DNA of 44,957 nucleotides from Minisyncoccota bacterium (GTDB lineage Bacteria; Patescibacteriota; Minisyncoccia; Minisyncoccales; JAZKSW01): NCBI GenBank assembly GCA_036625875.1, contig JAZKSW010000001.1, positions 1 to 44,957 of the forward strand, read 5' to 3'. Shown piece by piece: positions 7,485 to 15,568 of this stretch (position 1 is its first letter; each line of letters starts with the position of its first letter). The notes under the pieces were generated by a model. It saw only the letters and a program-made list of their open reading frames with translations, ran no database searches and was not told where the DNA came from. The position numbers and the translations under genes were made by a program.

Positions 7485-8042
7485 TTATAGATCAATTCCC
7501 TTTATTGGTTTATGACCTTTATTATAATAATGTTTTATTTCTTCTGTTTTAGTAACCAAATCCGCTTTATTAATAATTGAATCGGGACAATACCTCCCTG
7601 TTAAAATTAGATGCGCTTCACCAATATTATCCAATAGATTTAACACTTTACCCTCTTCTATTAAATCATAATGCAAAGCTAAATTAATTTCATCCAGTAT
7701 TATAATATCATAATCAGAACTCTTTTTCTTTGCCACTTCTAATCCCTCCAGAACAATTTCTTTATCTTTCTCCTTAAATGCTTCTATTCCTTTTTCTTTC
7801 AACTCCGGATTCTTTTCCAATTTCGATTTAGGAAGAAAAAAACCCTCTCTCCCGAGGGATTTTATGTCAAAGTTATTTATTTTTTTAATTACTTCTCGTT
7901 CCGAAGAATCTCCCGGCTTCAGAAATTGAATCATTAATACCTTCTTGTCCGCACCCAAAGCCCTCAATCCTACTCCCAGAGCAGCCGTAGTTTTACCCTT
8001 ACCTCTACCGGTAAAAACATAAATGTGTCCTCTGTTGACCAT
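7485..8042 (-). CDS. cobO: Cob(I)yrinic acid a,c-diamide / corrinoid adenosyltransferase (CobO/CobA/BtuR)
   Basis: P-loop GRGKGKTTAALGVGLRALG, IIILDEINLAL, 185 aa. Confidence 0.85.
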   Translation of the reverse strand: MVNRGHIYVFTGRGKGKTTAALGVGLRALGADKKVLMIQFLKPGDSSEREVIKKINNFDIKSLGREGFFLPKSKLEKNPELKEKGIEAFKEKDKEIVLEGLEVAKKKSSDYDIIILDEINLALHYDLIEEGKVLNLLDNIGEAHLILTGRYCPDSIINKADLVTKTEEIKHYYNKGHKPIKGIDL

Positions 8043-8307
8043 ATACTAATTCTCTTAGCAGACTTAATTTTGAATTATATTTAGAGTTATGAGGAATGTA
8101 ATGTACTTGCGTAAGCAAAGTACATAATACTGACGAATAACTTTGTAATATAACCAAAATTAGTCTGTCTATTAAGAAAGTTAAATAATAATTAATTTCT
8201 ATGTCGCTCCTCCTCAATGCATTACAGAGAATGCAATCTCCTCGTCGCTCCGTGAAATTATAATATCCCTTAACTTCTAAGAGAATTCTATATGAGCCAA
8301 CAGAGGA

Positions 8308-10875
8308 CTAAGATACAGAGCAAGCCGACCAACCGCAATTGGGGCAGGTTTTACAACCTTCACTAATTTTTAATTCTGAATTACATTCCGGGCACTTTTC
8401 CTCATCATCTTCATTAAAATCCTGGCCAATAGAACCCTGATTTTCATTAACTCCCGCTTCGCTATATACGGAACGTCCGTTAGATTTGTCATCTTTTAGG
8501 CTTTCTAGTTCTTCTCCTGAATCCTTCTCTTCTTTGTCTTCTCCTCCGGCCTCCAACACTCCCTGCATAGACTTATTCCTAAAAACAGTTACGTCTTTAC
8601 AGCCCAAATCATGAGCTAATAAATAAGCTCTTTTCATTTCCGAAGGCGAAGCATCAGCAGGAAAGTTAATAGTTTTAGAAACGGAAGAATCTACCCACTT
8701 TTGAATAGATGCTAATGCCTTAACATGATTCTCACCACTAATATCCATTGCAGTTATAAATCTATCTTTAAATCTAGGAGGAATGTAATTAATGTTTTGG
8801 CAACTCCCCTCACGATCAGAAATATTTTTAACCAGATCATCATCAAACAGACCTTCTCTCTCCATAACTTTTTCAAAAACAGGGTTAACGTAGTAGAAAG
8901 AGCCCACTGAAACCTTTTTCTCATAAACTAAACTGTAAACCGGTTCCATTCCCGACGAGGTACCGGCAATCATGCTGGTAGAACCAGTAGGTGCAATAAT
9001 AGTAGTATAAGCATTTCTTAAGCCATGTTCTTGAATTTTATTCACCAGTAAATCCCAATTTAAATTTTGGTTGTTCTCTTCCTCGTAACCGGCCAAAGGC
9101 AACTTACCTTCTCCAAAGAAACTTTTATCGTAATAAGGAAACTTACCGCGATTCTTTGCCAAACTAATTGATTCTACTTTTGAATAATAGTTTATAAACT
9201 CCATCACCTCTTCCATTTTTTCTCTTCCTTCTTCAGAATTATAGGGTAATCCCAACTCATAAAGAAAATTGCCCAGCCCCATCATTCCCAAACCAATCTT
9301 TCTGGTAGCACGACTCATTTCTTCGATATCTTCCAAGGGATACTTATTAATATCCAATACATTGTCTAAGAATCTGGTTCCCAACCTTATGGCCTTTTTC
9401 ATACCTTCCCAATCAACCTCAACTTCTCTCTCTCCGTTTTTACCATCCTCTTCTATGAAAGCCCATACATTAATAGCTCCCAAGTCACAACTTTCATTGG
9501 GATACAAAACAGATTCACCACAAGGATTGCATGTATCCACTCTTCCCAAGCTATCTCGAAAAGGATTATATTCATTAACATTATCATCAAAAATAACTCC
9601 CGGTTCAGCTGATTCCCAACCTTGATGAACAATTAAATCAAACAAAGCCTCGGGATCCACTTTCTTGCTTACTTCTCCGGTTCTGGGGTTTTCCAGAGGG
9701 TAAGGCTCTCCTTTTTCATAATAATCCCAGAAATCCTCTTTAATAAAAACCGAAAGGTTAAAATTATTTAACTTCTCGTTATTCTTCTTAGCGGTAATAA
9801 ATTTCTCCACGTCGGGGTGATCCGAATTCATAATCCCCATTGAAGCTCCTCTTCTTATTCCTCCCTGCTTCACAACATCGGTCATTTTATCAAATAAGGT
9901 CATAAAACTAATCGGACCACTTGATTCTCCACCGGTACTACTAATATAATCTCCTTCGGGTCTCAATCTAGAAAAATTATAACCGACACCTCCACCAGAT
10001 TTAAAAATCAGAGAAGCTTTTTTCAAGCCCTCCATTATGCTATCCAATGAATCTTCCATGGGCAATACGAAACAGGCCAACCCCATACTTAGTTCCCGAC
10101 CAAAATTAACCAAGGCAGGTGTATTTGGTAAAAACTTTCGCTCTGTCATTAATTCATAATAAGCTTCTATTTCTTTTTGATATTCATCGAATTCACCTTG
10201 TTTTAACAAAGACAGAAAGTCTTCCCACGATTTTTTTACCTTACCTTCTTCTTCCAATCTCCGATACAATCTTCTAAGACCTTCTACATGACTATCATTT
10301 AAAGCATAATCCCCTACTTTCAACTCCTCCTCTACTTTCAAGTTCTCAGTCGAAAAGTCATAATCTCCTCCTTTTTCAAAAACTTTAGGATCATAAAAAA
10401 TAGAGGGCAGTGCCACATGCACAGCTACCCTCTCAAACATTTCAGCGGGTGACTCAATCAAATTACCTTCCTCATCTTTCTTAAGGTAACGAGATTTTAA
10501 AACCCGCAGGGCATTTGCATCAAAAGTTTTATCTACTTGATCAATTTCTTCTTTTTCCAGTATTTGTTTTTTCTTATTCCTAATTTCTTTTCTTTCTTGA
10601 CGATAAAGAATAAAAGCTTTAGCAACTTCAGCTTGATCTGCCTTTATTAATATTTCTTCTACTACATCCTGAGCTTGTTCAACGGTAAGTAACTCTTCTG
10701 AATCTTTTTCTTTTTCCAAAAGATCCACTACTTCCGTGGCTAATTCCTCAGCAACCTCATAATCTGTCATTCCTACGTCAGTCATTGACCCATAAATAGC
10801 ATCAGCAATCTTGGAAGAGTTAAAATTTACTACTCGACCGTCTCGTTTTTTAATTTTTTCAATTTCAGATGTCAT
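8308..10875 (-). CDS. nrdJ: Class II (adenosylcobalamin-dependent) ribonucleotide reductase with N-terminal ATP-cone and C-terminal Zn ribbon
   Basis: 855 aa. ATP-cone IKKRDGRVVNFNSSKIADAIY, active-site region DTCNPCGES...CDLGAINV, and C-terminal CPECNSELKISEGCKTCPNCGW. No NrdB/NrdG partner in the window. Confidence 0.9.
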   Translation of the reverse strand: MTSEIEKIKKRDGRVVNFNSSKIADAIYGSMTDVGMTDYEVAEELATEVVDLLEKEKDSEELLTVEQAQDVVEEILIKADQAEVAKAFILYRQERKEIRNKKKQILEKEEIDQVDKTFDANALRVLKSRYLKKDEEGNLIESPAEMFERVAVHVALPSIFYDPKVFEKGGDYDFSTENLKVEEELKVGDYALNDSHVEGLRRLYRRLEEEGKVKKSWEDFLSLLKQGEFDEYQKEIEAYYELMTERKFLPNTPALVNFGRELSMGLACFVLPMEDSLDSIMEGLKKASLIFKSGGGVGYNFSRLRPEGDYISSTGGESSGPISFMTLFDKMTDVVKQGGIRRGASMGIMNSDHPDVEKFITAKKNNEKLNNFNLSVFIKEDFWDYYEKGEPYPLENPRTGEVSKKVDPEALFDLIVHQGWESAEPGVIFDDNVNEYNPFRDSLGRVDTCNPCGESVLYPNESCDLGAINVWAFIEEDGKNGEREVEVDWEGMKKAIRLGTRFLDNVLDINKYPLEDIEEMSRATRKIGLGMMGLGNFLYELGLPYNSEEGREKMEEVMEFINYYSKVESISLAKNRGKFPYYDKSFFGEGKLPLAGYEEENNQNLNWDLLVNKIQEHGLRNAYTTIIAPTGSTSMIAGTSSGMEPVYSLVYEKKVSVGSFYYVNPVFEKVMEREGLFDDDLVKNISDREGSCQNINYIPPRFKDRFITAMDISGENHVKALASIQKWVDSSVSKTINFPADASPSEMKRAYLLAHDLGCKDVTVFRNKSMQGVLEAGGEDKEEKDSGEELESLKDDKSNGRSVYSEAGVNENQGSIGQDFNEDDEEKCPECNSELKISEGCKTCPNCGWSACSVS

Positions 10876-10883
10876 ATTATTTC

Positions 10884-10911
10884 ATTATACACAAGTTCAA
10901 ACCTAAGTCAA
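10884..10911 (-). promoter_or_regulatory. Sigma70-like promoter placed for a leaderless nrdJ mRNA
   Basis: Minus strand reads TTGACT-16 nt (ending TGTG)-TATAAT-gaaataat-ATG. Only 8 nt separate the -10 from the start codon and there is no SD. Confidence 0.55.
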
Positions 10912-11021
10912 AATTTTACCAATCTTTTCTCAAAATTACTTTCAAATTAATGACCATAAATGTCAAAAAAATAAAATTCCGTTTCTTTAAAAACGAAATT
11001 CAAAAAGATTTTCCGTAATTT

Positions 11022-11300
11022 TTAATCTTTTTTAATTTTAATAGCCTCTCCGTTAATTAAAGCCTTTACTATTTTCTTATGAGCCTCCTTTAAGATTCTT
11101 CCCACTGTGCTTTGTGAAACTTCCATTTGTTCTGCTACTTTAGTTTGGGATTTCCCCTGTAAATCATATATTCTCAAGGCTTCTATCTCCTCAACGGACA
11201 AACACTCCTCTTCTAAATTAGCAAGGGGCACGGATCTCGGCTTGAAATAAGTTACTTTTGGATCAAAGGAAACTTTTCTTGGTTTCTTAGGTCTAACCAT
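11022..11300 (-). CDS. DUF134 (UPF0251) small DNA-binding protein
   Basis: 92 aa. PRKVSFDPKVTYFKPR plus an HTH-like segment QTKVAEQMEVSQSTVGRILKEAHKKI. Confidence 0.8.
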   Translation of the reverse strand: MVRPKKPRKVSFDPKVTYFKPRSVPLANLEEECLSVEEIEALRIYDLQGKSQTKVAEQMEVSQSTVGRILKEAHKKIVKALINGEAIKIKKD

Positions 11301-11304
11301 ATTA

Positions 11305-12171
11305 TTAAATGTTAATCTGGTTTCTTATCTTCTTATAAACTTCCTTAATTTGTCTTTTAATATCCAAATCACTTTTCATAATCGGCGTTAAAGTAGAGAC
11401 TGATTTGACTACTCCCTGATCATAACTTATCTTCCCTAGATAATTATTATCAGCCCAAGTTTTAATCTCTTTATAAATCCCTTTATTAATCTCCCACTTA
11501 TTAACTACCACACCGAACTCGACCTCAAAATGATCAATAACTTTTTTTACTCTTTTCAAATCAGCAAAACCTGATTTGGTTGGCTCCCCGATCAACACTA
11601 CGAAATCGACATCTTGAAGTGCTGCATTGACGGGACAACCAGTACCCGGAGCTGAATCTATTAACTGTAATTCAGAATCAAAGTCATCAGCCCTTCTTTT
11701 TACCTCAGTGACTATTTTGCCGGAACCGGTCTCCCCTACTTTCAATTGCCCCGTAATTAAAGGGAAGTTATGATCAGTAATTTTGTTTTTAATCCAACCA
11801 CTTTTGACTTCCTCCATACCCTCTACTGCGGGACAAAAATATTCACAAGCACCACACCCTTCACACAAAAACGGATTTACTTTTAATTCTCTTTCTTTAA
11901 CCTCCAAAGCATTAAAACGACACTGTTCTATACATGATTTTACTTTACTCACATCCGAATCGATTACTGGTCTCTCGGAAACACTAACTTCCTCAACTCT
12001 ATCCCAATTCTCAATCTCATTCAACCAAATAGCCAAGTTGGGAGCATCAACATCACAATCAACCGCCGTTACATCATTATCCTCATTGAATAAAATAGAC
12101 AAACTGGAAGCTAGCATTGACTTGCCAACACCTCCTTTGCCTCCGGAAATTGCCAATTTAATATTACTCAT
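11305..12171 (-). CDS. MinD/ParA-superfamily P-loop ATPase with inserted 4Fe-4S ferredoxin domain (COG1149-like)
   Basis: Deviant Walker A ISGGKGGVGKS. Cluster motif CEGCGACEYFCP; the first cluster motif is degenerate. Confidence 0.85.
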   Translation of the reverse strand: MSNIKLAISGGKGGVGKSMLASSLSILFNEDNDVTAVDCDVDAPNLAIWLNEIENWDRVEEVSVSERPVIDSDVSKVKSCIEQCRFNALEVKERELKVNPFLCEGCGACEYFCPAVEGMEEVKSGWIKNKITDHNFPLITGQLKVGETGSGKIVTEVKRRADDFDSELQLIDSAPGTGCPVNAALQDVDFVVLIGEPTKSGFADLKRVKKVIDHFEVEFGVVVNKWEINKGIYKEIKTWADNNYLGKISYDQGVVKSVSTLTPIMKSDLDIKRQIKEVYKKIRNQINI

Positions 12172-12725
12172 AAACCCAACTCATCAGAAATACCTTTCAT
12201 TGCATCCAAGGTAATTTCAATAAACTCTTCTAATTCCAAACCTAAATAATCTTCGGACTTAGCAATTGCCTCTCGATCGGCTCCAGCCGCAAACCTCTCT
12301 TCTTCAAATCTATTTATTACATTTTCCACTTCTAGATCTTCAATTTTATTTGAAGGTAATACCAATGTAGCAGCTACGATTAAACCGGTTAAAGAATCTA
12401 CACAATAAAGTGACTTACCCATTAAACTTTTAGGGTCCGCTTCGTGAGCACTATTATGAGTGTAGACTGCATCACATATTTTTTCAGATAATCCTTTTTC
12501 CAATAATATTTCTCTACCTAATTCTGAATGTTTACTAGGTTCGTCTTTGGTTTCTTCATAATCAATATCGTGTAGCAATCCACACACTTCCCAGCTATCA
12601 GGGTCTTTATCGAAGTGCTCAGCCAAAGATCTCATTGCCGCTCCGACCGCTAAACTATGCTTCCTTAAATTGTCAGTTTCAACCTTTTCCTTTAAGAATG
12701 TAATTGCTTGTTTTTTATTCATCAT
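12168..12725 (-). CDS. HD/HDIG-domain metal-dependent phosphohydrolase
   Basis: HSLAVGAAMRSLAEHF ... LLHDIDYE. 4-nt overlap with the downstream gene. Confidence 0.8.
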   Translation of the reverse strand: MMNKKQAITFLKEKVETDNLRKHSLAVGAAMRSLAEHFDKDPDSWEVCGLLHDIDYEETKDEPSKHSELGREILLEKGLSEKICDAVYTHNSAHEADPKSLMGKSLYCVDSLTGLIVAATLVLPSNKIEDLEVENVINRFEEERFAAGADREAIAKSEDYLGLELEEFIEITLDAMKGISDELGL

Positions 12726-13158
12726 CAGTTTTAAAAATTAACCAATTATCTTCTTGACCTTTCATTTTGATGAGAGCAAAATTACCTTTTAGTCTTTCCC
12801 CTTTTAACTCAAAGGTAATCTTATCTTCTTTTTCTTCGTGTAAATTATAATCCCCTTTGTCAAAAATTTCCACCTCTCCGGCTCCATATTCACCTTCGGG
12901 GATAGTTCCTTCAAAATCAGCATAATCCAAGGGGTGATCTTCTGTGGCTATAGCTAGCCTCTTCGTACCCTTTTCCTCAGGAATACCCTTGGGAACAGCC
13001 CAAGACTTCAACACGCCATCGATCTCTATACGAAAATCAAAGTGGTGACTAGAAGCCCAGTGTTCCTGAACGACAAAAATATCTTCCTTGTCTTCTCCGC
13101 CGGAGGGTTCAGAAGTTTCGTTAAAATTCCTTTTACTATTATATTCTTCCAAACTCAT
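12715..13158 (-). CDS. Stand-alone LigD-type 3'-phosphoesterase (PE) domain protein
   Basis: FVVQEHWASSHHFDFRIEIDGVLKSWAVPKG ... EDHPLDYADFEGTIPEGEYGAG ... KGERLKGNFALIK closely matches the LigD PE-domain signature. No ligase, polymerase or Ku gene in the window. Confidence 0.85.
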   Translation of the reverse strand: MSLEEYNSKRNFNETSEPSGGEDKEDIFVVQEHWASSHHFDFRIEIDGVLKSWAVPKGIPEEKGTKRLAIATEDHPLDYADFEGTIPEGEYGAGEVEIFDKGDYNLHEEKEDKITFELKGERLKGNFALIKMKGQEDNWLIFKTDDE

Positions 13159-13469
13159 ACGTACTCTCTAATCTTTTCAAGAATGACATCTTTTTGCCTG
13201 GCCCCACTTGCTCTTTCTACTGCTTCGCCATCATTGAATATTATAAGGGTGGGTACTGCCCTTATCTCGAATTTCTTAGCCATTTTGGGATTCTTCATCG
13301 TATTAAGCTTCCCTACCTTGGCTTCACCTTCAGTTTCTTCAGCAATTTTTTCTATAATAGGTTTCATTGTCTTACAGGGAGCACACCCTGGCTTCCAAAA
13401 ATCAACCAGCACGGGTTTATCTGCGCTTAAAACTTCTTCCTTGAAATTCTGGTCATTAAACTGATTCAT
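13155..13469 (-). CDS. trxA: Thioredoxin with non-canonical CAPC active site
   Basis: 104 aa. VLVDFWKPGCAPCK ... VPTLIIF. Confidence 0.85.
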   Translation of the reverse strand: MNQFNDQNFKEEVLSADKPVLVDFWKPGCAPCKTMKPIIEKIAEETEGEAKVGKLNTMKNPKMAKKFEIRAVPTLIIFNDGEAVERASGARQKDVILEKIREYV

Positions 13470-14307
13470 TGTAATTTTTAAAATTAAAATCTAAAAGTTG
13501 ACCTTTTGAATAACTTTCCGCTAGTGATTCAGAATAAGGAATTTTTAACTTAATTTCAATATTTCTTTTTTTGATTATCTCTTCGATTAATCTTTCTTCA
13601 CCAAGATCAGCCTGATTCAAAATTACATCCACCGGCAACTCTAGTTTATCACATAAATTTAAAATTAATTCCAAATCATAAGCTCCCATCGGTGTAGGTT
13701 CGGCCACAGCGTAAGCCTTATCCAGCCCATACAGAGCGTTAATCACCGGACAGTGAGTACCGGCTGCAGTATCAACAATCAGAATATCAGCGTTTTCCTT
13801 TTGGGCATAGTTAATACAAAACTCTCTAACATCGTGTACTATGGGACCAGTTTCTTCAACTTTAGTTTCAGCTTTTCCTGTTATTAAAGTAAGGTTATTA
13901 TCAATCTCATTAACATAAATTTGTCCTACCTCTTGCTCTTGCTTAGTGATAGCCCCCTCGGGACAAACTTGCCAGCAAGCACCGCATCCCGTACACAAAT
14001 CTTTGTTGATAACCGGGTACTCACCAGGGGCTTGAAAAATAGCATTTTCATGGCAAGCTTCTACGCAGGTTCCACACTTAGTACATTTTTCCTTATTTAT
14101 CTCCGGAAATTCTCTCCATACTTTTTCTTTCTGATTTTTAAGTTCCTTACCCAACAACAAATAATCATTGGGGCATTCTATATCACAGTCACCTAGCACA
14201 ACTTTCTTTCCTTTCCGAGTTAACTCTTGCGCTAATAAAATGGCAACGGTAGATTTCCCGGTGCCTCCTTTTCCTCCTGTAATACCTATTTTAGTTAGAC
14301 TAGTCAT
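13456..14307 (-). CDS. MinD/ParA-superfamily P-loop ATPase with inserted 2x[4Fe-4S] ferredoxin domain (COG1149-like)
   Basis: ITGGKGGTGKST, CTKCGTCVEACHENAI, CTGCGACWQVCPEGAI. Confidence 0.85.
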   Translation of the reverse strand: MTSLTKIGITGGKGGTGKSTVAILLAQELTRKGKKVVLGDCDIECPNDYLLLGKELKNQKEKVWREFPEINKEKCTKCGTCVEACHENAIFQAPGEYPVINKDLCTGCGACWQVCPEGAITKQEQEVGQIYVNEIDNNLTLITGKAETKVEETGPIVHDVREFCINYAQKENADILIVDTAAGTHCPVINALYGLDKAYAVAEPTPMGAYDLELILNLCDKLELPVDVILNQADLGEERLIEEIIKKRNIEIKLKIPYSESLAESYSKGQLLDFNFKNYNESV

Positions 14308-15545
14308 TAAACTTTTTCTTTTGTTGCTTCTTCTAATCGAGTAAGTTCCTCATCGGTAAAGGCAGAAATAATACTTTCAATATCCTGCCGATCCGCCCGA
14401 TAAACACCCACAATGTTATCCCGCAAAGTATGCAATGAAATGGGACCAATTTCACTTACAATCAAAGTATCTATCTTTTTTTGGAGCAACATTTTACTGG
14501 CAGCTAAACCTGCTCTTTTATCTTTATTCTGGTAAGGATTCTTTATGACTTCAAAATCTTTAATTTTTCCCTGGTCTGTATCAAGTAAAATAAAATTGTC
14601 GGCCCTGCCAAAATAATCAGAAATTTCAGAATCAAGTTCCTTGTCTTCTTTAATGGGTATACATACTTTTTGTTTATTGGTTTCAAAGGGGACGAATTCC
14701 ACCGAGAAAGAATCTACTTTTGAAGTTTTTTCCTTTACTTTATTTTGAATACTTTCCGAAATTTCATGAGCTCTGGTAACGTTTAAACTTTTTCTTACTT
14801 TTGCCTCTACCTCTCCGAAAACGAAAGGCCCGGATTTTCTCAGTTTTAAATTATCAAAATCTTGTATACCGGAAATTTCTTCCAAAACCCCTTTTATCTT
14901 CTCTTCTATTTCCTTATCGGGAGAAACATCCATTAGGGCAAAAAGGGCATCTTTAGCGGCATCATAACCCGCTTCTAATACGAACAAAGCAATAATCATC
15001 CCGGCTATGGCTTCCAAATAAGGAATTTCAAGTAAGGTTGCTACTAAACCGACTACCACAACGAATGAAGATAGTAAATGCAATCTTGACTCACTCCCGT
15101 CAGCAATTAAACTCTGAGAATTAATACTTTCTCCGGCTTTCATTTCATAAGTTCCAATCAAAAACATCACAATACCATCCAATACAGCTATAGAAACGGC
15201 CCAAACGGGAATTCCCAATTCATACTGACCAAAAAGTTTAGAGTAACTTTCTTTGGCAATACTCCAACTGGCAAAGAAAATCAAAAAGGAAATCAGCAGG
15301 GCAGTAACATTTTCCGCTTTATAAAAACCGTAGGGAAACTTTTCCGTAGGATCTTTTTGGGCAATTTTCAAACCAATCCACGCCAAGATCGTAGACATGC
15401 CATCGGCAGCACTATGAATTGCATCTCCAATTAAAACCACACTCCCGGATAAGAATCCGATTACTCCTTTAGCAATTGCAAAGAAGAAAGTACCTCCACC
15501 GGCTACCAAAGTTGTCTTTTTACCTTTTTGAAATAAATCTTCCAT
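14307..15545 (-). CDS. Cation diffusion facilitator (CDF) transporter fused to a C-terminal NifX/NifB-like (COG1433) domain
   Basis: Six N-terminal TM segments with GDAIHSAADG and a CDF cytoplasmic domain. The last ~110 aa (KVCIPIKED...YFGRADNFILLD...AGLAASKMLLQKKIDTLIVSEIGP) resemble the adjacent NifX-like protein. Confidence 0.8.
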   Translation of the reverse strand: MEDLFQKGKKTTLVAGGGTFFFAIAKGVIGFLSGSVVLIGDAIHSAADGMSTILAWIGLKIAQKDPTEKFPYGFYKAENVTALLISFLIFFASWSIAKESYSKLFGQYELGIPVWAVSIAVLDGIVMFLIGTYEMKAGESINSQSLIADGSESRLHLLSSFVVVVGLVATLLEIPYLEAIAGMIIALFVLEAGYDAAKDALFALMDVSPDKEIEEKIKGVLEEISGIQDFDNLKLRKSGPFVFGEVEAKVRKSLNVTRAHEISESIQNKVKEKTSKVDSFSVEFVPFETNKQKVCIPIKEDKELDSEISDYFGRADNFILLDTDQGKIKDFEVIKNPYQNKDKRAGLAASKMLLQKKIDTLIVSEIGPISLHTLRDNIVGVYRADRQDIESIISAFTDEELTRLEEATKEKV

Positions 15546-15568
15546 TCTTTAAAAGTTTAGGATTATAA

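Noticed and set aside
8005-8217. 70-aa ORF in the nrdJ-cobO spacer
   Set aside because: It has a TTG start inside the GC-rich repeat island, overlaps the cobO start, and the peptide has no features. The region is better treated as a non-coding leader.
8043-8307. Canonical cobalamin riboswitch
   Set aside because: I could find AAGGGA but not the conserved B12 box or the GCCACUG core on the minus strand. It is therefore kept only as a low-confidence question, not called as an ncRNA.
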